From: Acidimicrobiia bacterium
Lineage (GTDB): Bacteria > Actinomycetota > Acidimicrobiia > Spongiisociales > ZC4RG35
DNA length: 64,000 nt
Reading direction: 5' to 3'
NCBI GenBank assembly: GCA_965215185.1
Contig: OZ244034.1
Span: 2,496,001 to 2,560,000, forward strand
In this document: one piece after another, positions 34,040 to 43,221 of the stretch
Numbering within the stretch: the stretch's first letter is position 1
Layout of the letters: each line of letters begins with the position of its first letter
Notes under the pieces: model-generated
What the model was told of the DNA's origin: nothing
The model's input: the letters and a program-made list of their open reading frames with translations, nothing else
Database searches by the model: none
Position numbers and translations under genes: made by a program

Positions 34040-35128
34040 CTATACGTTGACCGGCATCAACAGATAGAGAAACTCTTCTCGCCCAGGGTCGTCTATCACG
34101 CTTGGTTTCATTCCATCGATAATCCGCAGGCGCACTTTCTCTGCGCCGGTCGCCACCACCCCGTCCGACAGATACCGTGGGTTGAACGCGACTACGAGAC
34201 TGCTGCTCTCTCCCTGAAAATCCCCTTCCACATAGTCGGTGGCCCTGCCAACGTCCTGGCGTATCACGTTGACTTCCGCTCCGCCATCGCTGATGGTCAA
34301 CCTGATCGGATAATGATCTTCGGCGACCAGTTCCATACGCCGAATCGTCTCGAGCAGTGCGTCTCGAGCACACACAAACTGGTTCGGATACTGACTGGGC
34401 AACAGAGTCTCGTACTTAGGGAAGTTTCCTTCGATCATTCGTAACCGCAGCGTGCCCGCAGTCGAGCTGAACACGCCTTCCCGGTTGGTGAATGCCACCT
34501 CGACTTTGCTCGCCCCTACTGTGTTGGGCAGTTCACGGAGTCCCCGCGCCGGCAATAATCCGGTGGCTCCCAACCCGATGGCCGGCAAATCACGAAGCGC
34601 CAGCCGGTAAGAGTCCGTGGCAACCATACGAAGACGTTCAGCGGTGGACTCCAACAGGACGCCGGTCAGCACGGCCCTCCCCACGTCGGTGGAGGCTGCC
34701 GGGGCCACTTGCTTAATGGCCTCGGTCAAACTTTCTCCGTCCACCTCCATTCCGTTACTCACGGCAGCTGAAAGTTTCGGAAAATCCTCAGACAACTGCC
34801 GCAATGTGTATACGGGCTGAGGATTCTCGCCGGAGATCTCCAGTTCCGCCTGATCACTCGCCCGCAGAGTCACCATACCGGGCGGCATGCGCCGCACGGC
34901 CTGGGTGAACAACCTTCCAGGAACCACCGCCTTTCCCCATTCCTCGACTTCGGCACTTATCTCGCTTCGTACCGTCACGTCTAGATCGGTCCCGGTAACA
35001 GCCAGCTTGCCCTCCGAGGCTTCGCATAACAGTCCCTGCAGCACAGGAACGGAACTGCGCGAACCGACCGCTCTCTGCGCACGTCCCAAAGCGTCAGCAA
35101 GGTGCTCACGGTTGGCTCGAATCTTCAC
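34040..35128 (-). CDS. dnaN: DNA polymerase III beta clamp
   Basis: GTDLD, VATDSYRLA, EGNFPKY, AFNPRYL, YLLMPV. Confidence 0.96.
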   Translation of the reverse strand: MKIRANREHLADALGRAQRAVGSRSSVPVLQGLLCEASEGKLAVTGTDLDVTVRSEISAEVEEWGKAVVPGRLFTQAVRRMPPGMVTLRASDQAELEISGENPQPVYTLRQLSEDFPKLSAAVSNGMEVDGESLTEAIKQVAPAASTDVGRAVLTGVLLESTAERLRMVATDSYRLALRDLPAIGLGATGLLPARGLRELPNTVGASKVEVAFTNREGVFSSTAGTLRLRMIEGNFPKYETLLPSQYPNQFVCARDALLETIRRMELVAEDHYPIRLTISDGGAEVNVIRQDVGRATDYVEGDFQGESSSLVVAFNPRYLSDGVVATGAEKVRLRIIDGMKPSVIDDPGREEFLYLLMPVNV

Positions 35129-35345
35129 AAGAATGCTCCCTTCTTCGACTTCTATTTTTAAAAATAATCATCGTTGTGACAGTAGGTGCTGTCGGCAGTC
35201 GACAGCTTCGTGAATATACGCTGAAAGCTGGAGGAACTACAAGGTTGTTTGTACACCACGGTACAAGGTTGTATGCCACGGACGGCGCTAGGAACAGGAT
35301 TTGGCCGAGGAGACATCACGGCTTGTAGATAGCGTTGTGGATAGC
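35129..35345 (-). other. Probable oriC unwinding region (dnaA-dnaN intergenic)
   Basis: Minus strand ...CTGCCGACA-GCACC-TAC TGT CAC AAC GAT GAT TAT TTTTAAAAA resembles box + GC cluster + DnaA-trios + AT-rich DUE; 8/9 box CTATCCACA at 35336-35344. Confidence 0.6.
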
Positions 35346-36728
35346 TGTGACACGAGCAGCGAATTGCTTGTCGGAAGAGATCTGGGAGACAATTCTCTGA
35401 TAGGCGGAAAGCACCGTGGAGTGACCCCTGTTGAAGGCCACACCTATGCGGGCAAAGGGAAGGCCCGTGATTTCTCGGGTTAGATACATGGCTACCTGCC
35501 GGGCAAGTGAAGGGATGGGGCGTCGGTTGTGGTGGAGGACTTCCTCCACCGTAGTGTGGAATGCCTCGGCGCAGGCGGCCATGATGGTTTCGGGAGTGTT
35601 CGGCAGAGAGAGCTCACCAGAGAGGGGAGCAAGTTGATGAAAGGCGCTATCGGGGGTGAGCGGACGTCTCGTCAGCTTTGAGTAGGCGGTGAGCTGGTGC
35701 ATAGCGCCCACCAAATCGCGGATGTTGTTTGTGACGTGGTTAGCAATGATGCAGAGCACCTCGTCGCCCAGGGAGGTGGGGGCGGATTTTTCCAAGCGAC
35801 GAAGAATTCCAAGACGGGTTTCGAAGGCAGGAGGAGCGATCTCGGTGAGTAGCCCTGCGGAGATGCGGCTTCTTATACGATCCTGGATAGCCGGGAGTTC
35901 GCGGGGGCGACGATCACACCCGAGCACGATTTGTTTTCCGTCCTGGTGCAGGCTGTCGAAAGTCCAGTAGAATTCCTCAAGGGTTTGTTGCTTTCCCTCC
36001 AAAAACTGAAAATCGTCTAGGACGAGCATGTCGACCTGGCGAAAGCGTTGCCGGAACCGGCCCATTTGCCGCTGGCCGACGCACTGTATGAATTGTTGGA
36101 CGAATGCCTCCGAACTGCAGTAGCGGACCGCTAATTCGGGATTGCGTTGCCGGGTGCTGTGAGCGATGGCATGGAGCAAATGGCTTTTTCCGAGCCCGGA
36201 TGATCCGTAGATGAACAAGGGGTTGTAACGGGTCCCGGGGTTTTCGGCCACCGCTGATGCGGCGGCATATGCGAAGAGGTTGGAGGATCCCACCTCGAAA
36301 TTGTCGAAGCGATGATGGTTGGAGGGATGGCGGGCTCCCTGCGGTTTTGGATTCCTCGGTTTCTGTTCGGGCAGTCGGGCTGCGGAGACCATGGGAGTTT
36401 CGGAAGGCTCGGTTTGCCCGCGCGGTTTGCCCGGATTGACTGTGACCCGCACTGCTCGCAGGGAGGTACCGTCATCTGCGGTCCTGGCTGCTTTCTCCAC
36501 CGCGGGAAGAAACCGCGTGACCACCTGGTTGGCGACAAACCGGCTGGGAGCCTCCAAAAGGATTTCGGAAGGCGTGAGCGAAATATGAAGGTCTTTGAAC
36601 CAACGCGACCAGTCATCGGCAGAAGTTTGGGCGGTGAGCACTTCGCGAAAGAGGCGTTGGTCGAGTTGCGGCGCGGGCGGGTTCAAGGCAGGTATCTCCA
36701 CCGTGGCGGATGGCAGCCAACCCGCCAT
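35316..36728 (-). CDS. dnaA: Chromosomal replication initiator DnaA
   Basis: FDNFEVGSSN, YNPLFIYGSSGLGKSHLLHAI, LDDFQF, NIRDLVGA, ARQVAMYL; start uncertain. Confidence 0.95.
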   Translation of the reverse strand: MAGWLPSATVEIPALNPPAPQLDQRLFREVLTAQTSADDWSRWFKDLHISLTPSEILLEAPSRFVANQVVTRFLPAVEKAARTADDGTSLRAVRVTVNPGKPRGQTEPSETPMVSAARLPEQKPRNPKPQGARHPSNHHRFDNFEVGSSNLFAYAAASAVAENPGTRYNPLFIYGSSGLGKSHLLHAIAHSTRQRNPELAVRYCSSEAFVQQFIQCVGQRQMGRFRQRFRQVDMLVLDDFQFLEGKQQTLEEFYWTFDSLHQDGKQIVLGCDRRPRELPAIQDRIRSRISAGLLTEIAPPAFETRLGILRRLEKSAPTSLGDEVLCIIANHVTNNIRDLVGAMHQLTAYSKLTRRPLTPDSAFHQLAPLSGELSLPNTPETIMAACAEAFHTTVEEVLHHNRRPIPSLARQVAMYLTREITGLPFARIGVAFNRGHSTVLSAYQRIVSQISSDKQFAARVTAIHNAIYKP

Positions 36729-37160
36729 CGCGGGGTAGGTGGCTTAGTCGCAACGGAACTGTCGGTGGTCGGGGGCTGTAGTTGAAAAGGAGGCTTTTGC
36801 GGAAAATACCGAACAGAACTGTCGATGACGCCGGCCCGGTAAGACCAGTGTAAGGAGCAAGGCCCTAGCTTGATCGGGGAGGCGTCACCCACCCCTGATC
36901 CAGCCTTCAATGTGGGTTGTACCTGGGGAACATGCCCGGAGGAGCGGAACGAAGTAGGAAAACCCAATGTGGTTTGACCAGCGAAACTACACCGATGAAA
37001 GTCATCGAAGGGTTCTTCGCGACTTCGGCTCTTTTTTTTGCCACATGACGGGGGATTTTCACGGGTTTGTAAGCAGCTTGTTATAACAAGTTCACCATCC
37101 GGTTACGCATGAGACCCTGGGAGGCGCTGGTCATCGACCTGTTTGCAGACCAGTGCCAGC

Positions 37161-37700
37161 TTACGGCGACGGGGGGTGCAAATCCAGGGAGCGGCCAGCG
37201 ACCATCAACCTGACCCGATCCGCACGGCTGGCGATCAGCTGGTTTACCCGCCCCAGAGAGTCGCGATACAGACGACCGAGGGGGGAAGCGGGCACAATAC
37301 CAAACCCAACCTCGTTGCTGACCAGAATCCAGGCGGCGTGGGTGCTATCGATCATGTCTAAGAGTCGACCGGCGGCTTCCACGATGATTCGCTCGACATC
37401 GGCGTGTCTTTCGTTCTTCAGCAGCAGATTGCTCACCCACAGAGTGAGACAGTCCAACAGGAAAATGTCATAGCGGTTGAGGTGCGGGGAAAGCGCGTCT
37501 ATCAGATCGATCGGCTCCTCCAACGTGTCCCACTGTGGTGGCCGGCTCTTCCGGTGGGCCGCGATGCGTCTTTTCATCTCCTCATCCAGCGCCTCGGCCG
37601 TGGCGACGAACAAGACCCGTTGCCCGCCCTGAGCCATCTTTTCCGCGATGGTGCTTTTCCCGGAGCGGACCCCGCCGAGTATCAGGGTGACGTGCGGCAT
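37161..37700 (-). CDS. cobU: Adenosylcobinamide kinase / guanylyltransferase
   Basis: GGVRSGKS, DEEMKRRIAAHRKSRP, LDCLTLWVSNLL, VSNEVG.GIVP, YRDSLGRVNQ. Confidence 0.93.
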   Translation of the reverse strand: MPHVTLILGGVRSGKSTIAEKMAQGGQRVLFVATAEALDEEMKRRIAAHRKSRPPQWDTLEEPIDLIDALSPHLNRYDIFLLDCLTLWVSNLLLKNERHADVERIIVEAAGRLLDMIDSTHAAWILVSNEVGFGIVPASPLGRLYRDSLGRVNQLIASRADRVRLMVAGRSLDLHPPSP

Positions 37701-38524
37701 CAGGGTGACGACGCCATGGCGATCCCGAAGGGTGGGGACAGCACAGCCGGGTCCGCCGAGACCAGGAGGGCGGCGAGCAGGAGAGCGCAGACCTCCACGG
37801 TCTCGTTGACAGCCCCGTAGACATCGCCGGTCATGCCTCCCAGCAGCCTGGTCGCCCACGCTCCGATCGCCCAGGCCAACAGGCTGGCCAGGGCGACCAT
37901 CATCAGTCCCCAAGGCCCGACCAGACCTACGGCGGCCAGCAATGTGACAGCGAGACCAAAGAGGACCTGTGCCTTGGTTCGACGCTGCAGAAAGGCAACG
38001 CCCAGGCCCTGCGATCTTGCGTACGGAAACAGTTCCATGGAAAGCAAGATGGCCCAGCGGGAAAGGCATGGAAACAGGATGAGCATCCAGGCGCGGCTTG
38101 GCGCCGGCAAAGCGGTGAGGGCTGTGACCTTCAACAGCAGGAGACAGACCACTCCAACCACCGCGAAAGCGCCCACATGGGGGTCCTTGAGTATTTGCAG
38201 ACGGCGCGGGGGGTGGGAGTCGCCGAAGAAGGCGTCACAGGTATCCATGAAACCATCCAGATGGAGAGCTCGGGTGAGAACAACCAGGGCCAACACCACC
38301 AGCACGCTCAGAAACACCGGGTAGGGTCCCTGATCGCTTGGGCCGAGGCCCACAGCACCTGCCTGGTAGCCCCATCGCAGACCCAGGTCCAACACCGCCA
38401 GGATGGCGCCCAGGAGCAGGCCGACAACCGGAAACCACATGCGCGCGGAGGCGAGAGCCGACGCCGGGCCCGGCTTCACCGGCAGAATGGTCAGAAAAGC
38501 CATGGCCGAGCGCGGTCCCTTCAT
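37700..38524 (-). CDS. cobS: Adenosylcobinamide-GDP ribazoletransferase (cobalamin synthase)
   Basis: FLTILP, LHLDGFMDTCDA, ILKDPHVGAFAV, GGMTGDVYGA. Confidence 0.93.
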   Translation of the reverse strand: MKGPRSAMAFLTILPVKPGPASALASARMWFPVVGLLLGAILAVLDLGLRWGYQAGAVGLGPSDQGPYPVFLSVLVVLALVVLTRALHLDGFMDTCDAFFGDSHPPRRLQILKDPHVGAFAVVGVVCLLLLKVTALTALPAPSRAWMLILFPCLSRWAILLSMELFPYARSQGLGVAFLQRRTKAQVLFGLAVTLLAAVGLVGPWGLMMVALASLLAWAIGAWATRLLGGMTGDVYGAVNETVEVCALLLAALLVSADPAVLSPPFGIAMASSP

Positions 38525-38536
38525 TCCCGCAGGTCC

Positions 38537-39724
38537 TTATGCATCGGGCTTGGCTTCCTCGCGGTCTGACACGCCAGCTTCTTCGAATGTGGACATCTCT
38601 GACAGGCAGGCCGCGGCCGCCTCGACGATGGTCATGGCCAGCACCGCCCCGGTCCCCTCCCCCAGTCGCATGCCCAGATCCAGCAGGGGACGCAGACCTA
38701 GATGCGACAGCACGGCGGCATGGCCTTTCTCGGCCGAGCGGTGCGATGCGATCATGTAGTGGCGCGACTCGGCGCAAAGACCGTGAGCCAAGAGGGCTGC
38801 TGCCCCGGAGATGAAGCCATCCAGCAAGACGGCGCGGCGCCGGGCGGCAGCTCCCAAGGCGACTCCGGCCAGGACACCAATCTCGAACCCACCCACCTTG
38901 CTTAGCACCTCAAGAGGGTTGGACGGATCGGGCTCATTGATCTGCAGCGCCTTTCTCACTACGTCTATCTTGTGTTGTAATTGATCGGGGGTACGTCCTG
39001 TGCCTTCGCCGGTGATGTCCGAAGGTGGTCTGGCGGTCATAACCGCGGTTATGGCGCTCGACGAAGTTGTGTTTCCGATCCCCATATCGCCGGTGGCGAT
39101 CAGGTCAGCACCCGCATCGGCGACCTCCACGGCGAGGTTGATACCCGCTTCCACGCAACCAATCGCCTGATCTAGGGTCATGGCGGGACCGACGCTGATG
39201 TCGCCCGTTCCGAGTCCCATCCGAAGGCTGCGGAGGTCGGCATGGGCCGGCAGTTCAGGGCCGGCGATCCCGGCGTCCACCACGATCTGACGGACGTCGA
39301 GCAAGTTGGCCATAACGCTGACGGCGGCACCGCCCGCCAGGAAGTTCAGCGCCATTTGCGATGTGACGGCTTGTGGGTAACCGGTGACTCCCTGAGCCGT
39401 GACGCCGTGATCGCCTGCTGCCACTATCACGGCTTTCCCGCGGATCGCCGGACGCTCGTCACCAAATATGCCGGCCAGTTGAATCGAGATCTCCTCAAGG
39501 CGACCCAGAGCGCCGGGCGGTTTGGTTAGGGACCCCTGTCGGGCAGTGGCGCGTTCCATGGCTGCGGCATCAGCCGGGCGGATCTGCTCCAAAGCCCGCC
39601 ACAGCGTAAGTTGCCGGTACGCCGCCGGAACGCAAGGGGTGGCGCCACTCCCCCGCCAGCGGGATGGAGCGGCACCCGGCGGCCCTCCGATGCTGGATCC
39701 TTGCAGGTACGGGGTAAATAACAT
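38537..39724 (-). CDS. cobT: Nicotinate-nucleotide-dimethylbenzimidazole phosphoribosyltransferase; start uncertain
   Basis: LTKPPGALGRLE, AGDHGV, GDMGIGNTT, VGGFEI, LDGFI, MRLGEGTGA. Confidence 0.93.
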   Translation of the reverse strand: MLFTPYLQGSSIGGPPGAAPSRWRGSGATPCVPAAYRQLTLWRALEQIRPADAAAMERATARQGSLTKPPGALGRLEEISIQLAGIFGDERPAIRGKAVIVAAGDHGVTAQGVTGYPQAVTSQMALNFLAGGAAVSVMANLLDVRQIVVDAGIAGPELPAHADLRSLRMGLGTGDISVGPAMTLDQAIGCVEAGINLAVEVADAGADLIATGDMGIGNTTSSSAITAVMTARPPSDITGEGTGRTPDQLQHKIDVVRKALQINEPDPSNPLEVLSKVGGFEIGVLAGVALGAAARRRAVLLDGFISGAAALLAHGLCAESRHYMIASHRSAEKGHAAVLSHLGLRPLLDLGMRLGEGTGAVLAMTIVEAAAACLSEMSTFEEAGVSDREEAKPDA

Positions 39725-39820
39725 TAGTGTAATTCGCGTGGTGGGTTCTTCAAATATAGCCAATTGTCTCAGGGGTGGGAGTTCCACCTGGCCGGATCAA
39801 CCGGCCTGTGTGGTTCTGTC

Positions 39821-39849
39821 TTGACTTCGGTAGGATTTTGCGATAGCCT
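39821..39849 (+). promoter_or_regulatory. Putative sigma-70 promoter of the rpmH operon
   Basis: TTGACT-N17-TAGCCT about 43 nt upstream of the rpmH ATG. Confidence 0.55.
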
Positions 39850-39891
39850 TTGTGCGTCAATTCCCCGACGATTTTTCCAGGTGCGTAACAA

Positions 39892-40026
39892 ATGAAGAGG
39901 ACCTACCAACCAAAGGTTCGCCGTCGCAAGCGTCGGCACGGATTCCGTCACCGGATGCGCACCCGCGCCGGCCGGGCGGTAATCCGGTCCCGGAGGAAAA
40001 AGGGTCGCAGGCGTCTGTCTGCCTGA
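39892..40026 (+). CDS. rpmH: 50S ribosomal protein L34 (absent from the ORF track, 44 aa)
   Basis: [44 protein letters not shown]. Confidence 0.97.
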   Translation: MKRTYQPKVRRRKRRHGFRHRMRTRAGRAVIRSRRKKGRRRLSA

Positions 40027-40355
40027 AGATCCCGAATTACGAGCCGCTTCGCACCTCTAGACATTTCAGCTTGGTATTCTCGCGAGGAAAACGGTGTCGT
40101 GTGGGCGGCCTAACGGTCGTTTCGGCGCCGGGTGCCACAGGCCGGGTCCGGATCGGCTTGGTGGTTGGTCGCCGGGTAGGCGCGGCCGTGGTTCGCAACC
40201 GCGTCAAACGGCGTTTGCGCGCCGCCTTGGCAGAGGCTAACCCGCCGGTGGGGCGCGATTATGTAATCGTGGCCACCCGGCAAGTGGCTGACACGCCCTT
40301 TCGGAAGTTGGTGGAATGGCTTGAGACTGCGCTTGGAGAACGATTCGAAGAATGA
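40023..40355 (+). CDS. rnpA: Ribonuclease P protein component; start non-canonical or uncertain
   Basis: [38 protein letters not shown] (RNR motif). Confidence 0.88.
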   Translation: MKIPNYEPLRTSRHFSLVFSRGKRCRVGGLTVVSAPGATGRVRIGLVVGRRVGAAVVRNRVKRRLRAALAEANPPVGRDYVIVATRQVADTPFRKLVEWLETALGERFEE

Positions 40356-40621
40356 AAAAACCTGAACAGAAAACAGCAAGCCTGTCTGCGAATGCCTTGG
40401 TGAAGTCGCTGGAATTCTATCAGATGTCGATCAGTCCCGCCTTTGGGCGCCGGTGCCGGTATCTGCCAACTTGCTCGGCTTACGCCAAGACCGCCATTGA
40501 ACGTTATGGCACCTGGAAAGGGGCGTCGCTGGCTGGGCGTCGCCTGCTGCGCTGTCACCCCTTTGGGTCCAGCGGGTTTGATCCGGTGCCATGCCGGGAA
40601 CAGGGAGTGAAATCGTGTTAG
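40352..40621 (+). CDS. yidD: Membrane protein insertion efficiency factor
   Basis: YQMSISP...CRYLPTCSAYA...RLLRCHPF...GFDPVP. Confidence 0.95.
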   Translation: MKKPEQKTASLSANALVKSLEFYQMSISPAFGRRCRYLPTCSAYAKTAIERYGTWKGASLAGRRLLRCHPFGSSGFDPVPCREQGVKSC

Positions 40622-41481
40622 AGCCTTGGTGGATGTTGTGGGACCTCATCAAAGAGGGACTCGGTTGGTCCTTTGCCACCGCATACTCCTTCATTCCCAA
40701 CTTCGGTATAGCGATCATCCTGGTGACGATCCTGATCAACACCTTGCTGTTTCCGCTCACCCTCAAGCAAACCCGGTCAAGTCGGGCGATGATGGCCATC
40801 CAGCCCGAACTGCAGCGCATTCGTCGCGATTACAAGGACCAGCGCGAGGAGATGCAGCGTCGCATGACGGAGTTGCAGCGCAAACAGGGGGCTTCACCGT
40901 TGGGCTGTTTGGGCCCACTCCTGCTCCAGTCACCCATACTGTTCGCCATTTTTAGAGTGCTGAATGATCCGACCGGTCTGCAGAGCGACCTGTCCCCCGT
41001 TCCGCCCGGAAGCGCCCTATGGGAAGCAATCCGGGCCGATGAGGCATTCTTTGTGGGAATGGACTTGGCGGTGCCGCCTTCGGGAGCGATCACCGCCGGG
41101 CTGGTGGCCGCGATCCCCTATCTGATCACCATGATCCTTATGATCGCCATCCAATACATTCAGCAGTGGTACACACAACGCGACCAGGCAGCTGCGGGGG
41201 GAGATCGCCAGAAGCGGCAAATGCAGATGTTTACTCGTATCATGCCGCTCTTTTTGGGGTTCATTTCGTGGAACTTTCCCGCGGGGCTGTTGCTGTATTG
41301 GACAACTTCCAATGTGGTTCGCTTGGGACAGCAAGTCACCATCAATTGGATGGACGGACGCCCCGAGCCGCCAACTGCTCTGGGCAACGAGAACAAGCCG
41401 GACTTGGGAGGCGCTCCATCGCCCACCCCCCCACACCCGAGTTCTGCTAAGAAATCAAGAAGGAGGAAGAGGAGGAACTAA
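40615..41481 (+). CDS. yidC: Membrane protein insertase YidC
   Basis: GIAIILVT, LFPLTLKQ, IQPEL, GCLGPLLLQSP, FPAGLLLYWTTSN. Confidence 0.93.
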   Translation: MLEPWWMLWDLIKEGLGWSFATAYSFIPNFGIAIILVTILINTLLFPLTLKQTRSSRAMMAIQPELQRIRRDYKDQREEMQRRMTELQRKQGASPLGCLGPLLLQSPILFAIFRVLNDPTGLQSDLSPVPPGSALWEAIRADEAFFVGMDLAVPPSGAITAGLVAAIPYLITMILMIAIQYIQQWYTQRDQAAAGGDRQKRQMQMFTRIMPLFLGFISWNFPAGLLLYWTTSNVVRLGQQVTINWMDGRPEPPTALGNENKPDLGGAPSPTPPHPSSAKKSRRRKRRN

Positions 41482-41484
41482 GAC

Positions 41485-42312
41485 ATGGAATTATTTGAAG
41501 TAGAAGTACGCGCCCGAACGGTAGAGCTGGCCGAGCAGGCCGCTCTAGAAGAATTGGGGCTAAAGGACCGTAATCGAGTGGAGTGGGAGATCTTGCAAGA
41601 GCCGGCCCGCGGTTTTCTGGGGGTAGGCCGCCAGGTCGCCATTGTGCGGGCCAAGCGCAAGCCGGCCAAGACTCGTCGTGACCGGGGCAGGGGAAGCCGC
41701 GGCAGCAAGGCAAAGGGCGAGCGCGGTTCCTCGGGCCGGTCCAATAAACAAAAAGAGGAGCGAGGGGCTGCCGGGAGAGAAACCGGAGGCCGGCCGGCGA
41801 AGAAGGGGCCGGTGGGCCGGTCCAAGCCCTCCCAGCGCTCCAGAAAACCCACAGCGCCCCTGGATGACCAGGCAGCCGCGGCCAACGACTTCCTGACCGG
41901 TCTCCTGGAGGCGGTGGACATTGATGGTGAGGTCACCGCTCGGTTCGAGGAAGATCTGATTCTGGCGGAGATTGCAGGAGAGGAGACCGAAGCCCTGGTA
42001 GGGCCGCGGGGAAGTGGCATTGAGGCGCTGCATACGATCGCCAAGTCGGTCATCAACCGCAAAACATCCGGAGGAGCCCGGCTTCGGCTGGATATCGCCG
42101 GATACGGGAGCCAGCGTCGTGAGGCGCTGACCATATATGCTGCAGGTCTCGTGGAACAGGTAACCGCAGAGGGTGGTGAGCTCATGTTGGAACCCATGAA
42201 CGCGGCTGACCGCAAGGTCATTCACGATGCGGTTTCACAACACGAGAATGCACGATCTTTCTCCGAAGGTGAAGCGCCACAGCGTTATGTAGTGATATGT
42301 TACGTGGAGTAA
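41485..42312 (+). CDS. jag: Jag/KhpB/EloR RNA-binding protein
   Basis: Jag N domain (RGFLGVG), KH (LVGPRG), R3H (PMNAADRKVIHD...SEGEAPQRYV). Confidence 0.92.
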   Translation: MELFEVEVRARTVELAEQAALEELGLKDRNRVEWEILQEPARGFLGVGRQVAIVRAKRKPAKTRRDRGRGSRGSKAKGERGSSGRSNKQKEERGAAGRETGGRPAKKGPVGRSKPSQRSRKPTAPLDDQAAAANDFLTGLLEAVDIDGEVTARFEEDLILAEIAGEETEALVGPRGSGIEALHTIAKSVINRKTSGGARLRLDIAGYGSQRREALTIYAAGLVEQVTAEGGELMLEPMNAADRKVIHDAVSQHENARSFSEGEAPQRYVVICYVE

Positions 42313-42369
42313 TCTAGCTGATCAACAATTAGACTTCCACGGGGCCGTGTAGCGGCCGGTGGGGTGGCC

Positions 42370-43221
42370 TTAGGGGGCGGTTAGCTTCGAGAACACCCGC
42401 TGCAGGTCGTCAATGGAGTTGAATGCCACCTTGAGGCTGCCTTTTTGGTCTCGGTAGTTGATTGACACGGGAAGGCCGAGTTGGTCGGAAAGCCGAATCT
42501 CCAGTTCGATGATCGGCGTCGGCCGGTCGCTTTTAGAAGTCCTCGAAACCCGCCGGCGGGGCGCTCGGGCCTGGGCTGCTTCCTCAACCTGGCGCACCGT
42601 CCAACCTTCCGCCACGGCCCTCTTAGCTATGTGGGTGGCATATTTGGGATCGGAGATCGACAGGAGGGCCCGGCCATGGCCTGCTGTGAGTTGAGCGGTC
42701 TCCAACAGCTCCAGAATGGATGGCGGAAGGCGAAGCAACCTGATGCTGTTTGCTACCGTAGCACGACCTTTGCCGACCCGATGGGCTACTTCCTGCTGGG
42801 TCATTCCATGTTGATCAATGAGGGTCCTGTAAGCCGAGGCCTCCTCCAGTGGTGTCAAGTCTTCGCGTTGTAGATTCTCGACCAGCGCCTGGATGAGGGA
42901 TCCGGTCTCATCGGCCTGGCGTATCAAGGCGGGGATGTTCTGCAGGCCAGCCAGTTGAGCGGCCCGCCAACGGCGTTCTCCGGAGATGAGCGTGTACCGG
43001 CCTTCCGATTCTTGTACCACTACGGGTTGGAGCAGGCCCACTTCGATGATGGAACGGGCCAAACCTCGCAATGTCTCTTCGTTGAAGCGGGATCGAGGCT
43101 GGGATGGGTTGGGCCGAATCTTGTTGACGGCAAGTTCCCGGTAAGGCCCCGCGGTCGAAGGGTCTGCGGTGGGGATCAAAGTGCTCAGCCCCCGGCCCAC
43201 TCCCCCGCGCCTGGTGGTCAT
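42370..43221 (-). CDS. parB: Chromosome partitioning protein ParB
   Basis: GVGRGLSTLI, NPSQPR, GLLQP, GERRWRA, ENLQREDL, GHGRALL. Confidence 0.95.
   Translation of the reverse strand: MTTRRGGVGRGLSTLIPTADPSTAGPYRELAVNKIRPNPSQPRSRFNEETLRGLARSIIEVGLLQPVVVQESEGRYTLISGERRWRAAQLAGLQNIPALIRQADETGSLIQALVENLQREDLTPLEEASAYRTLIDQHGMTQQEVAHRVGKGRATVANSIRLLRLPPSILELLETAQLTAGHGRALLSISDPKYATHIAKRAVAEGWTVRQVEEAAQARAPRRRVSRTSKSDRPTPIIELEIRLSDQLGLPVSINYRDQKGSLKVAFNSIDDLQRVFSKLTAP

Noticed and set aside
39600-39890. Cobalamin riboswitch upstream of cobT
   Set aside because: No recognisable B12-box or conserved GGGAA/GCCACTG arrangement on the minus strand.
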